Shown: positions 1 to 9,518 of the stretch, piece by piece
Numbering within the stretch: the first letter of the stretch is position 1
Layout: every line of letters starts with the position of its first letter
Assembly: GCA_040878345.1 (NCBI GenBank)
Contig: JBBDML010000019.1
Location: 21,373-85,372, forward strand
Direction of reading: 5' to 3'
Length of the DNA: 64,000 nt
DNA from: Acidimicrobiia bacterium
GTDB taxonomy: Bacteria > Actinomycetota > Acidimicrobiia > Spongiisociales > ZC4RG35
Position numbers and translations under genes: made by a program
The notes under the pieces: model-generated
The model's input: the letters and a program-made list of their open reading frames with translations, nothing else
The model's database searches: none
What the model was told of the DNA's origin: nothing

Positions 1-1
1 C

Positions 2-469
2 TTGAGGAGCAATGAGCAGATCCTCTCGGTGTCGGTGGTGCAGACCGGTGAGTCAGACGACTTCCTGACGATGGGTGAGGCCATCGCCGAGGCGGTAGGC
101 CGGCTCGATCGCCGGGTGGTGGTCCTGGCATCGGGTGGGATGAGCCACACCTTCTGGCCCCTCAAGCAGATCGCCAAGCACGAGGCGTCGGACCCGGTGC
201 ACATCTTCACGCCCGAGGCCCGCCAGGCCGACGAGCTCCGGCTCGAATGGATGAAGGCAGGTGATCATCGGAGGCTGGTCGAGTCGATGGCCGACTACCT
301 CGAGCACAGTCCCGAAGGTAACTTCGGCCACTTCCTGATGATGCTGGGGTCGATCGGCGGAGCCGACTGCGTTGCCAGGGGCGAGCTGTTCTCCGATTAC
401 GAGAACGCCACCGGGACCGGTCAGGTTCACGTCTGGTTTGATCGCCCGTCAGGCGGCTGGACCGAGTAA
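2..469 (+). CDS. Class III extradiol ring-cleavage dioxygenase (LigB / 4,5-DOPA dioxygenase family), C-terminal part; 5' end outside window
   Basis: ORF open at the window edge. 'VVVLASGGMSHTFWPL' and 'EGNFGHFLMMLG' resemble LigB-type subunit B segments. Motif memory only. Confidence 0.55.
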   Translation: MRSNEQILSVSVVQTGESDDFLTMGEAIAEAVGRLDRRVVVLASGGMSHTFWPLKQIAKHEASDPVHIFTPEARQADELRLEWMKAGDHRRLVESMADYLEHSPEGNFGHFLMMLGSIGGADCVARGELFSDYENATGTGQVHVWFDRPSGGWTE

Positions 470-508
470 AGCCCGTCGCATCACGGCGGTCATGCCACAA
501 TCAATGGC

Positions 509-1996
509 GTGGTCGCTGTCAGGAGACCCCTCGGGCTGACCGACGATCTGACCCGTCTCGCCGCCTCTCTCGAGGCTCTCGAACTGCGCGGGAGTGCTGC
601 GGTGGCCGGCCTCGCCGCCACCAGGGACCGCTTGGTGTCGGTGATTCGCTCCTATCTGATCCCCAGGATCGACAATCCCGACGAGCCCCTCCTGGTAGTG
701 GTGGCCGGTCCCACCGGGTCGGGGAAGTCGACATTGGTGAACACTCTCGCCGGGGTGGACCTGTCGCTGACCGGGCCGACACGGCCCACCACCAAGGTCC
801 CCTTGGTGCTGACCCGCGGGGCTCGCCACGAAGCCGGGATGAGTGTGGGCGGGGTCGAGTGCGTGGTGCGGACAGGTCTGGCACCGATCCTGGAGCACAT
901 GAGCCTGATCGACACCCCTGACATCGACTCGACCTCGGTCGAGCATCGCGTCGTCGCCGAGACCTTGATCGACCATGCGGACATCGTGCTGTTCGTCACA
1001 TCGGCGCTCCGCTACGCCGACAACGTCCCCTGGGAGGTGCTGCGCCGGGCCCTCTCCCGGGGCACCACCGTGATCCCGGTCCTAAACCGGGTGGGTGCCG
1101 AGTCGGGAGCCGCACTGCTCGACTTTCGTGCGCTGCTGTCCGCCGCCGGGATCGTCGAGAAACCGGTCAGGGTCCCGGAGCATCATCTCGGCCCCGGCGC
1201 CCAGCAGATTCCGTCGCTGGCGGTGCGTGACCTCAGACACCGGCTCTACTCCGTGGCCAGGGAGCGGGGACGATTCCATCAAGAGGTAGTCAATCGAGTC
1301 ATAAACGTGACGGCCGGCCAGGTGAGGGACCTGATAGACGGGATCATCGATGTCGGCTCAGCCAACGATGCCATGGCCCGTGTCATAGATGACGACATGG
1401 CCGCGGCGGCTCGGCTCGACCGACGGGAGCGACTCTGGGCGGCGCTCGATCTGGGGTATCCACCAAGCGGGCGACTCCGCGCCGGCATATGGATGCGCCG
1501 GCGCCAGCCACCCGCCAACGGCCTGAATCACTGGTTGGGCCAGGTCCGCGCCGGGCTGGTGGCCGAGATCGAGACCAAGGTCCGAGAGGAGGTTGTCGAC
1601 CAGAGGACCAGGCTGGCGCTCACAGGCCCGGGAGCCCCGACCGGGCTGGTCGACGAGACGATGCCGATCATCGGGGGTGCCTTAGACGGCTGGTTGGAGG
1701 CGACATCTTTGCTGGTCGGCACGCATCCATACCCGCGTCTGGCGACGATGACCCTCATCTCGGCCACCCTCGCCCACCGGGAGGGCCCAGCGGTGTCGGC
1801 GATACTCGGCGTGGCTGATCATGACCTGATCGATAAGGCGGTGTCGATGTTCGAGGCCCGGATGAGCGTGGTCTTCGGACATCTTGGCGCCCGACTCATC
1901 GAGCTGATGCGTCTGAGCCGGGGGCAACCCGCGATCGACGATCTCCCATCGAGACTGTCGTCGGTGCTGGCCGCGTATCAGTTCGCCGATGCGTGA
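509..1996 (+). CDS. P-loop GTPase, dynamin-like / YfjP-type (first of a pair)
   Basis: GTG start. G1 'GPTGSGKSTLVNTL', G3 'LIDTPDIDS', G4-like 'VLNRVG'. Long helical C-terminal half. Its stop overlaps the next gene's ATG by 8 nt. Confidence 0.65.
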   Translation: MVAVRRPLGLTDDLTRLAASLEALELRGSAAVAGLAATRDRLVSVIRSYLIPRIDNPDEPLLVVVAGPTGSGKSTLVNTLAGVDLSLTGPTRPTTKVPLVLTRGARHEAGMSVGGVECVVRTGLAPILEHMSLIDTPDIDSTSVEHRVVAETLIDHADIVLFVTSALRYADNVPWEVLRRALSRGTTVIPVLNRVGAESGAALLDFRALLSAAGIVEKPVRVPEHHLGPGAQQIPSLAVRDLRHRLYSVARERGRFHQEVVNRVINVTAGQVRDLIDGIIDVGSANDAMARVIDDDMAAAARLDRRERLWAALDLGYPPSGRLRAGIWMRRRQPPANGLNHWLGQVRAGLVAEIETKVREEVVDQRTRLALTGPGAPTGLVDETMPIIGGALDGWLEATSLLVGTHPYPRLATMTLISATLAHREGPAVSAILGVADHDLIDKAVSMFEARMSVVFGHLGARLIELMRLSRGQPAIDDLPSRLSSVLAAYQFADA

Positions 1997-3188
1997 GGCC
2001 CTGACCGGCCTGATCGAACGAGCCGAGTTGGCGGTCACCGCCGCCCGCCCGGTGGTGGAGCCTGGCCGGCTCGACGGGGTCGCCGCCATGATCGCAGATG
2101 CCAGGGTCAGGCTGGATTACCCCGATGACATCTTGGTGGTTGCGCTGGCTGGAGGCACCGGGTCGGGGAAGTCGAGCCTGTTCAACGCCCTCACCGGGAC
2201 TGACGCCGCCATGGTCGGTGCCACCCGGCCTATCACGGGGGAACCGCTGGCCGCAGTGCCCAGCGGCCGGGGGATGGCCCTCACCGGGCTCCTCGACCAT
2301 CTGGGCATCGAGGCGCGGGTCGAGTCGGTGGGCTTTCAGCATTGTCTCATCGACCTGCCGGACACCGACTCGATCGAGATCGGGCACCGTCACCGCGTGG
2401 AGGCGCTGATGCCCAGGCTCGACATCCTGGTGTGGGTCCTGGACCCGGAGAAGTACCGTGATGCTGCCCTCCATCACCGCTACCTCCGGCCGCTGTCGGA
2501 ATACTCCGACCAGTTCGTCTTCGTCCTCAACCGGGTGGACCGGCTCGACGAGGCTGCCAGGGGCGAGGTACTCGAAGATCTCGAGAGGGCTCTGGCCGAA
2601 GACGGGATCACCGACCCCAAGGTCGGTGCCACCGCTTCCAACCCGACCAGGGGCCCCACCACCGGGATCGGAGACCTGAGGGCGGCCCTTGGGTCTCTGG
2701 CGGGCTCCCGGCTCCTCTACTCGAAACTCCTCACCGATCTCGACCATGCCGCCGCCGAGGTGATCGATGCCATAGGCCCCGCGCTCGACTACCGCCAGAG
2801 GCTGGCGACGATGACCGAGGATGCGGTGACGTCGATCGCCGCAGGGGACGAGGAAGGTGCGGTGCGTGGCATGACCCTCTTCTTCGAGTCCACCGGCGAG
2901 GAGGTGGGTGGCCCGCTCGGCGAGATGCTCTCGAGGTTCGCCGCCACGCTGCCCGCCACGGTCCATTCCATCTCTGGGGCGATGCGCGACCCGCCGGCAT
3001 CACGGATCCGCATTGGCAGGAGACGCGGCCGCAAAGCCCCGACCGCCGACCGAGAGGCCGCGGCCAGCACATTGTTGGATGAGGCGATCCGCCCCGTCAC
3101 CGAGGCCGTCGCCGGACGGGCCCGTGCCGCCGCCGCCGCCGCCGAGTTGTCGGTGGCCGTCAGATCGGTGTCAAATCGCCCCTTATAG
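1989..3188 (+). CDS. P-loop GTPase, dynamin-like / YfjP-type (second of a pair)
   Basis: G1 'GGTGSGKSSLFNAL', G3 'LIDLPDTDS', G4 'VLNRVD'. Ala-rich helical tail. Overlaps the upstream paralog (1989-1996). Confidence 0.65.
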   Translation: MREALTGLIERAELAVTAARPVVEPGRLDGVAAMIADARVRLDYPDDILVVALAGGTGSGKSSLFNALTGTDAAMVGATRPITGEPLAAVPSGRGMALTGLLDHLGIEARVESVGFQHCLIDLPDTDSIEIGHRHRVEALMPRLDILVWVLDPEKYRDAALHHRYLRPLSEYSDQFVFVLNRVDRLDEAARGEVLEDLERALAEDGITDPKVGATASNPTRGPTTGIGDLRAALGSLAGSRLLYSKLLTDLDHAAAEVIDAIGPALDYRQRLATMTEDAVTSIAAGDEEGAVRGMTLFFESTGEEVGGPLGEMLSRFAATLPATVHSISGAMRDPPASRIRIGRRRGRKAPTADREAAASTLLDEAIRPVTEAVAGRARAAAAAAELSVAVRSVSNRPL

Positions 3189-3199
3189 ACTCGCCATCG

Positions 3200-3970
3200 A
3201 TGTCCAATCTGGTCGCCACTGCGGTGGTCGTGGGGGTCCTCATCCTCACCTACTGGTTGCTCGCCATGGTGGGGCGGCGATACGTGCGTCGGATGACGGT
3301 CCGGGGCTCGGAGAGCGCAGCCCGGGCCAGGACCCTTTGGATGGTGTTGCGTCGAGTGATCGCAGGGATCTTGGGGGTCATCGGGATACTGGTGATATTC
3401 AATGTCTGGGCCCTCAGCCTCACCCCCTTTGTCGCGGTTGGCGCCGCGATCGCAGCCGCCATCGGGTTTGGGGCCCAGGGTTTCGTCAGAGACGTCCTTG
3501 CCGGCTTCTTCATACTCGCCGAGGATCAGTTCCACGTTGGCGACACCGTGACCATCGCCGGGGCGACGGGGACGGTGGAAGACGTCCAGCTCCGGGTGAC
3601 GGTCCTACGGGACTTGGAGGGGACGGTCCACTACGTCCCCAATGGGCAGATCACAGTCACCTCCAACTCGACCAGCCGGTACGCCCAGCCACTCATCGAC
3701 GTTCCGATCTCCCATCAGGCGGATGTCGACAGGGCCCTCGCGGTGATGGCCGATGAGCTGACGAGGCTCACCACCGACCCCGCCTGGTCGGAGAGGATCC
3801 GGGACCAGCCGGAGATGCTCGGTGTCGACGGTCTCGGTGGATCCAGACTGGTGCTCCTCGGGCGCATGACCACATTGCCCAACGAGAGGTGGTCGGTACG
3901 CCGCGAGGCCCTACTGCGAATCAAGAAGCGGTTCGACAGCGAGGGCATCGACATGGCCAACCTCGACTGA
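3200..3970 (+). CDS. Small-conductance mechanosensitive channel (MscS family)
   Basis: N-terminal TM helices, then 'GFGAQGFVRDVLAGFFILAEDQFHVGDTVTI' (TM3/beta-domain signature of MscS). Confidence 0.85.
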   Translation: MSNLVATAVVVGVLILTYWLLAMVGRRYVRRMTVRGSESAARARTLWMVLRRVIAGILGVIGILVIFNVWALSLTPFVAVGAAIAAAIGFGAQGFVRDVLAGFFILAEDQFHVGDTVTIAGATGTVEDVQLRVTVLRDLEGTVHYVPNGQITVTSNSTSRYAQPLIDVPISHQADVDRALAVMADELTRLTTDPAWSERIRDQPEMLGVDGLGGSRLVLLGRMTTLPNERWSVRREALLRIKKRFDSEGIDMANLD

Positions 3971-3973
3971 CGG

Positions 3974-4990
3974 TCACCCTGGTGGCTGCTCTCCCGCAAT
4001 TGCCTTGAGCGCAGACGGGACCCACTCGATGGTCGCCATCTCGAACATCCCCAACCCTTCACCATCCGCCTGGGCGGCCACCGGCGGGTCCGCCTTGAGC
4101 GACAAGCGCTCCACCCCCTCCCAGATCTCGGCTCCCTTGATCCGGGACAGGTCGCGTCCGGAGAGGGCGTCGAAGGCCACCTGTGGGACGCGGGAGCGCC
4201 GGAGACGGTCGAGGGTGAGCACGGTCATCGGTTGGGGTGGAGAAGCGGCGAGACGGATCGGGAGCTTCCCGAAGTAGGTGTAGACCTCGCGGAACTGGAC
4301 CAATGCCGTGGAGACCATCGTGGTTCGCTCGCCTGCCTTGGCCTCTACCTGCGGCTTGACCCTAGAGAACGAGCCCATGGCAACACCGACCGCGGTCCGG
4401 AAGTAATGGATCGACCCGAAACGGTACTTCCGGTAAGGGTCCTGATCGGCTCGCGCCACCACTTCGGCGTCGAGGCCGACCCCGCAGGCGAATATGGCAT
4501 GGTGGACCGTCTCCACTGTGCCTCGTGACAGGGTCATCCTGGCGACGCCGATGGTCCGGGGAAACGGGATGCGATTGATCAAACGGGCCGCCTTGCCGTG
4601 CCGGGACGGGATGCCGAGGAGCCGAGCGATGACGTTGGTGGTCCCGGCCGGGATTATCCCCAGGGCCGTCCGGGTGCCTACAACACCCTGGGCGACGTGA
4701 TGGACCATCCCGTCTCCTCCCATGGCCACCACAACTTCCACCTCGTCGGCGGCGGCCTTCGCCGCCATCTCGGCCGCCTCGGTGGCGGTTGATGGCCAGA
4801 GGGCGTCGACCTCGTGGGTGCCCGAGAGGATCGACATCACGTCGCGATGCGACCCGCCGGTGAACTGTGATGCGACCGGGTTGGCGATGACTGCGACACG
4901 AACCACTTCGGGTGAGGGTACCCCGCTGTACCCTGACCGATCGTGGACAGGGTCGAAACGGAGGGTGCAGAGCCCGCCTCCAGCAGTCAT
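3974..4990 (-). CDS. Diacylglycerol/lipid kinase (DAGK catalytic domain, YegS/BmrU-like)
   Basis: 'VAVIANPVAS', 'VVAMGGDGMVHHVAQG', 'IIPAGTTNVIAR'. The true start may be the GTG at 4906, because the ATG at 4990 overlaps the divergent ORF. Confidence 0.8.
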   Translation of the reverse strand: MTAGGGLCTLRFDPVHDRSGYSGVPSPEVVRVAVIANPVASQFTGGSHRDVMSILSGTHEVDALWPSTATEAAEMAAKAAADEVEVVVAMGGDGMVHHVAQGVVGTRTALGIIPAGTTNVIARLLGIPSRHGKAARLINRIPFPRTIGVARMTLSRGTVETVHHAIFACGVGLDAEVVARADQDPYRKYRFGSIHYFRTAVGVAMGSFSRVKPQVEAKAGERTTMVSTALVQFREVYTYFGKLPIRLAASPPQPMTVLTLDRLRRSRVPQVAFDALSGRDLSRIKGAEIWEGVERLSLKADPPVAAQADGEGLGMFEMATIEWVPSALKAIAGEQPPG

Positions 4991-5938
4991 CAGGAGGCGC
5001 TATTCAGCCTGGTGTCGGGTGAGGGCGATGGAGTGATGCTGGGCCTGGCGGCCGGGGATGCCGCCGGCGGGGCGTGGGAGCTGGGCTATTCGGCGGTCAC
5101 CGAGCAGGCGACGGTCATCGCCTATGAGTTGATCACACATCGAGGCATCGACTCCGAAAGCCTCCGTGTCGCCTTGGAGGATCTCGATGGCTCCACCGAG
5201 GAAGAGCCGGTGTACCGGGCGGAGACCCCGCACTTCAGACGATGGTTGGACCGGCTCAAGGCCGGGGCTCCGGCCCCCTCGGAGGAGCCCAATATCGATG
5301 GCGTGGCCAGGGCGACCGTGGTCGGGGTGGCGTTTCGGCGAGACCCCGCCGCCCTGACCAGGGAGACCATCTCCTTGAGTCGGGTGTTCGATCGTGACGC
5401 CTCGAGTCTGGCGGCATCCCTGATCGCGGCCAATGCCGCAGCTGCATCATGTTTCGGGCAATCGGGCCGCGATCTGATCGCCGGCGTGCGCGAGGCGGTG
5501 ATGCCGACGCTCACCCAGCTCGGCTTCGATGGCCTCGGCTCGATCCGTGACCGGTTGGCGAAAGACCTCGAGGGCCTGATCGGCAAGGTGGGCGTCACCG
5601 ACGGGGTTGAGGCCCTCGAGACGGTCGGCGGCGACATCTCCGACCCGCTGCAGGCGGTGGAGGCAGTCCTTCTCCTACTGGCTCCGATGAGCGATCGTTT
5701 CCATCTGGCGGTGGAGCAATCGGCGCGCATCGGCGGCAGCACGTTGGGTGCCCTCGCCGGGGCGGTGGTGGGCGCCCGGGTCGGGATCAAGGCGTGGCCG
5801 TGGGCATTTGCCAATGACACCTGGTTCGCCGAGATCGGCCGTCGGCTGGTCCGTGGCCCCGACGACCTCGATGGGCTTCCGATCCCCTACGCGGTGGAAC
5901 AGCATCTCATGTTCGGTCCGCGTCCCGGGTTCCACTGA
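4943..5938 (+). CDS. ADP-ribosylglycohydrolase family protein
   Basis: 'MLGLAAGDAAGG' near the N-terminus and a C-terminal 'GGSTLGALAGAVVGA' motif typical of the ARH fold. The start is probably internal (GTG 5012 or ATG 5036). Confidence 0.6.
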   Translation: MDRVETEGAEPASSSHQEALFSLVSGEGDGVMLGLAAGDAAGGAWELGYSAVTEQATVIAYELITHRGIDSESLRVALEDLDGSTEEEPVYRAETPHFRRWLDRLKAGAPAPSEEPNIDGVARATVVGVAFRRDPAALTRETISLSRVFDRDASSLAASLIAANAAAASCFGQSGRDLIAGVREAVMPTLTQLGFDGLGSIRDRLAKDLEGLIGKVGVTDGVEALETVGGDISDPLQAVEAVLLLLAPMSDRFHLAVEQSARIGGSTLGALAGAVVGARVGIKAWPWAFANDTWFAEIGRRLVRGPDDLDGLPIPYAVEQHLMFGPRPGFH

Positions 5939-7196
5939 CCTCGAGCGCATCTCCCGGGCCCCATCGACGCGGGGTGTCGTCCACGCCTCGCAGAACCCAC
6001 CAGCCAATGACGATGAAGGCGGCGAGTGCGCCCATGGCCACGTTGCGCCCGAGACCGATGACATCGACGATGATCGCCCACGTCAGAGGGCCGGCAATGG
6101 TGGCGAATCGCCCAACGGTGGCATACAGACCGTAGAACTCGCCGAGGTGGCTCGGTGGGGAGACCCTGGTCATCACCAAGCGGTCCGAGGCCCAGGTGGC
6201 CCCGAGGGCCACACCCCCGAGGGGCCCTATCAACCAGGCGAGCCTGGTCACCCCGGTGACACTCGCCGCTATCCCCATCGAGATAGCGATCACCCAGATC
6301 GCCAGGACCACTCTGAGGAGCCGAAGCGGGCTCAATCGGTCGAGGAGCCGACCCGCTCCCAGACCCCCGATGACCGCGGCAGCGATGGCGACACCCATCA
6401 ACAAGGTGAAGAAGGAGCGATCGAGGCCGAGCTCGTCGATGACGAAGATGGCGAGAAACCCGGTGAGAAGGGTGTTGATGGCGTCGGTGTAGAAGAACCT
6501 CCCCACCAGGAACCGGATCACCCCCGGGTAGTTCGAGGCGAGACCCCACGAAGCCAGCACTCGGGCCATCACCTCGCCCGGACCGGGTGCCCGCCCTACC
6601 CGGCGAGGGCCTTCCTCGACGAAGACGAAGGCCGGGACGGCGAAGATGAGGAACGCGATCGCCAGGGCCCTGAAAGTCCCTTCATGCCCCCAGCCGAGGA
6701 CATCGATGGTGAGCGTGCCTATCCCGAGCCCGACGAAGGACCCGAAGTAGCCGACCCCGACACCGAGGCCCGAGACCCAACCCCGGTTCTCGGGGGTGCT
6801 GACATCGACGAGGAGGGCGTCGTAGACCACCGACCCGGTGTTGACCGCCACCACCGCCACCCCGAGGAGGATGAGGGTCAGGGGCACCGGGCCGGTGCCA
6901 AGGAAGAATGTGGCGATGACGGCGATCACGGTGGTGACCACCAAGGTGGGGAGGCGGGCACCACTGGCGTCGGTCCTGGCCCCGGCCCAGGGGCCCAGGA
7001 AGATGACGACCGCCGCCGCCGAGATCTGGGCCGCGGCCAGGGCGCTGTCCGGAAGGTCGGCGGCGAGCAGCCAGTCGGCGAAGTAGAGCCCCACCACCCC
7101 CAGGGCGAAGATGGTGTTGGCCAGGTCGTAGACCACCCAGGACGAGACCGAGAGTCGACCCGGCCTGGTGGCCGGCCCGCGGGCCGCGTCCGTCAT
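5907..7196 (-). CDS. MFS transporter (UMF1/Atg22-like subfamily)
   Basis: About 12 hydrophobic segments. N-terminal 'SWVVYDLANTIFALGVVGLYF' is typical of UMF1-type MFS. Confidence 0.8.
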   Translation of the reverse strand: MTDAARGPATRPGRLSVSSWVVYDLANTIFALGVVGLYFADWLLAADLPDSALAAAQISAAAVVIFLGPWAGARTDASGARLPTLVVTTVIAVIATFFLGTGPVPLTLILLGVAVVAVNTGSVVYDALLVDVSTPENRGWVSGLGVGVGYFGSFVGLGIGTLTIDVLGWGHEGTFRALAIAFLIFAVPAFVFVEEGPRRVGRAPGPGEVMARVLASWGLASNYPGVIRFLVGRFFYTDAINTLLTGFLAIFVIDELGLDRSFFTLLMGVAIAAAVIGGLGAGRLLDRLSPLRLLRVVLAIWVIAISMGIAASVTGVTRLAWLIGPLGGVALGATWASDRLVMTRVSPPSHLGEFYGLYATVGRFATIAGPLTWAIIVDVIGLGRNVAMGALAAFIVIGWWVLRGVDDTPRRWGPGDALEVSGTRDADRT

Positions 7197-7203
7197 GATC
7201 TGC

Positions 7204-8280
7204 TCAGAAGGTGACGGCCACCGAGATCAACTCGTCCCTCCCCAGCAACCCGGCTGCGGCCTGGAGGGCCCTGGAGGCCTCCGACAACGGGAATTGATGT
7301 GAGACGAGGTCATCGATCCTCGGGTCGGTCTCCAATTGGCTGGTGGCCCATTGGTACCCGACGCTCGAGGCGCCCATCGCCCCTTTCATGGTCAACTGCT
7401 TGGCCACGATGACGTCCGACAGGAAGTGGAAGGCCCGGTTGCCCTTCGTCGAGGCGAGGATCACCCGTCCGCCACTCCTCACCAGGTCGAGGGCGGTGAA
7501 CACGGCTTCGGGATCATCCGACGTGACGTCGACGACCACGTCGGGTCTCCGACCAAGCGCTCCGGCGATCTCACCGGCGACGTCGGTGTGCTCGGCGTCG
7601 ATGACCAGGTCGGCCCCAAGGAGACGGGCCAGCTCGAGCCGGTCCCGGTCGTGTGAGAGGCCGGTGATGCCGACCCAACCGGCGCCGGCCGCTTTGGCCG
7701 CGATCAGACAGGCCAGACCACGGGGGCCGGGCCCGAGGATCAGGACCCCTTCGCCCTGCTGGAGGGCAGGGAGCTCCACGGCCCAGGTGTGGCCGGAGGC
7801 GAGGGGGTGGACGAATGTGGCGACTTCGGCGGGCACGTCGTCGGTCACCGGATGAAGCCGGGCATTGGGGTCCAAATAGAGCAACTCGGCGAGGCCGCCC
7901 CAGAGCCCTGGAGGCTCGATCGATGGGATCATCCCATAGGAGTTGCTGGGTTTGCGGCTGACGCAGGTCGCCAGGTTCTGTCGGCATCGGTGGCAGATCC
8001 CGCACCGGATCCTCGGCTCAACGACCACTCGGGTCCCCACCGGGAACGGGACATTGGGCCCCTGAACCGCAACCCGGCCCACCACCTCGTGCCCGGGGAC
8101 CAGGGGATAGACCACGTCACGGGCTTCGCCCTTCCACACCTGAACGTCGTTCCCCGACACCCCGGTGGCCTCCACCGCCAGCCATCCGCCATCGTCGCCG
8201 CCGACGGCCTCGATGACGGTGTCGGCGAAGTGTCGCGGCTCTACGAGCATCATGGCCCGCGCCGTTGTCCCTCGGTCCAT
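7204..8280 (-). CDS. Zinc-dependent alcohol/threonine/sorbitol dehydrogenase (MDR family)
   Basis: 'GHEVVGRV' catalytic Zn motif, a structural Zn Cys cluster 'CGICHRCRQNLATC', and Rossmann 'ILGPGPRGL'. Confidence 0.85.
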   Translation of the reverse strand: MDRGTTARAMMLVEPRHFADTVIEAVGGDDGGWLAVEATGVSGNDVQVWKGEARDVVYPLVPGHEVVGRVAVQGPNVPFPVGTRVVVEPRIRCGICHRCRQNLATCVSRKPSNSYGMIPSIEPPGLWGGLAELLYLDPNARLHPVTDDVPAEVATFVHPLASGHTWAVELPALQQGEGVLILGPGPRGLACLIAAKAAGAGWVGITGLSHDRDRLELARLLGADLVIDAEHTDVAGEIAGALGRRPDVVVDVTSDDPEAVFTALDLVRSGGRVILASTKGNRAFHFLSDVIVAKQLTMKGAMGASSVGYQWATSQLETDPRIDDLVSHQFPLSEASRALQAAAGLLGRDELISVAVTF

Positions 8281-8316
8281 CTGCGGCGAGTGTAAACCCG
8301 GGCCGGGGAGTCTCGA

Positions 8317-9498
8317 TCAGAGGGTGTCGAAGAAGGCGGCGATACGGCTCAGGCCTCTCTCGATGTCCTCCTCGCCCAGCGCATAGGAGAACCGGAGATG
8401 ACCGGGGGCGCCGAATGCCTCGCCCGAGACCACCGCCACCCCGGCGGCTTCGAGGATGTCGGCGGCGAGACGCTCTGAACTGGGATGCCCCTCTCCGAGG
8501 AGAGCGGTGACGTCGGGGAAGACGTAGAAGGCGCCAGCCGGCTCATGGCACCTTATCCCTGGCATGGCGGAGACCCCGGCGTGCATCAGCTTCCGGCGGC
8601 GGTCGAACGCCTGTCGCATCTCCTCCACCACGTCCTGTGGCCCGGTGAGGGCGGCAAGAGCAGCCTGTTGGGAGACATTGGCCACATTCCCCGAGGCGTG
8701 GGATTGATAGCGGGCGGCGGCGTCGACGACGTCATTGGGGGCCACCAGCCACCCGACGCGCCATCCGGTCATGGCGTAGCTCTTGGCCACACCATTTACC
8801 AGCACCAGGTTCTCCAGGTCAGGGGTGATCTGTGCGATCGACGGTGCCACCGGCTCGGCGTATGCCAGCCGTTGATAGATCTCGTCGGCGATCACCCAAG
8901 TCCCGGTGGATATCGCCCAGGCGGCGAGGTCCTCGAGCTCGGTAGTGGTGTACACCGAGCCGCTCGGGTTGGATGGCGACACCAGGATCAAGGCCTTGGT
9001 CCGCGAGCCGCGATGGGCCTCCAGGTCGGCGACCGAGATCTTGAAATCGGTGTCCGCCGTCGACGGGATCGCAACCGGGACCCCGCCGGCCAGCTCGATG
9101 GAGGCCGGGTAGGTGACCCAGTAGGGGGAGGGCACCAGCACCTCATCGCCCGGGTCGAGGATGGCGGCGCAGGCGTTGAATATCGCCTGTTTGGCCCCAT
9201 TGGTCACCAGCACCTGGCTGGGGTCGGCAGGCATCCCCGAGTAGCGAAGGGTGTTGTCGGCGATGGCCTCCCTGAGAGGCGCCAGACCGGCGTTGGCGGT
9301 GTAATGATGGTTGGCCGGGTCATGGACCGCGCGTGAAGCGGCAGCCAGGATATGCTCCGGGGTTGGGAAGTCGGGCTCGCCGGCGGCGAACGAGATCACG
9401 TCGCGCCCCTCCGCCCTCATCTCACGGGCGCGGGTGCTGATGGCCAGGGTCACCGACCCCGGGAGCCTGGTCAATCGGTCAGAAGTTCGATCGCCCAC
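8317..9498 (-). CDS. Pyridoxal-phosphate aminotransferase class I (aspartate aminotransferase-like)
   Basis: GTG start. 'SPSNPSGSVY', 'VNGVAKSYAMTGWRVGW' (PLP-lysine region), 'RFSYA' tail. Confidence 0.9.
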   Translation of the reverse strand: MGDRTSDRLTRLPGSVTLAISTRAREMRAEGRDVISFAAGEPDFPTPEHILAAASRAVHDPANHHYTANAGLAPLREAIADNTLRYSGMPADPSQVLVTNGAKQAIFNACAAILDPGDEVLVPSPYWVTYPASIELAGGVPVAIPSTADTDFKISVADLEAHRGSRTKALILVSPSNPSGSVYTTTELEDLAAWAISTGTWVIADEIYQRLAYAEPVAPSIAQITPDLENLVLVNGVAKSYAMTGWRVGWLVAPNDVVDAAARYQSHASGNVANVSQQAALAALTGPQDVVEEMRQAFDRRRKLMHAGVSAMPGIRCHEPAGAFYVFPDVTALLGEGHPSSERLAADILEAAGVAVVSGEAFGAPGHLRFSYALGEEDIERGLSRIAAFFDTL

Positions 9499-9518
9499 GG
9501 TGGTGCCAACCGGGAAGA

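Noticed and set aside
1896-2966. 356-aa minus ORF antisense to the second GTPase gene
   Set aside because: Shadow ORF. The plus strand has intact G1/G3/G4 motifs.
4943-4990. A 48-nt head-to-head overlap of the lipid-kinase and ADP-ribosylglycohydrolase genes as a genuine overlap
   Set aside because: Both ORFs have plausible internal GTG/ATG starts (4906; 5012 or 5036) just before their conserved N-terminal motifs. This removes the overlap and leaves a normal divergent spacer.
5748-7214. 488-aa plus-strand ORF overlapping the MFS transporter gene
   Set aside because: Highly charged Gly/Pro/Asp/Glu/Arg sequence without domains. The minus-strand frame gives a coherent 12-TM MFS protein.
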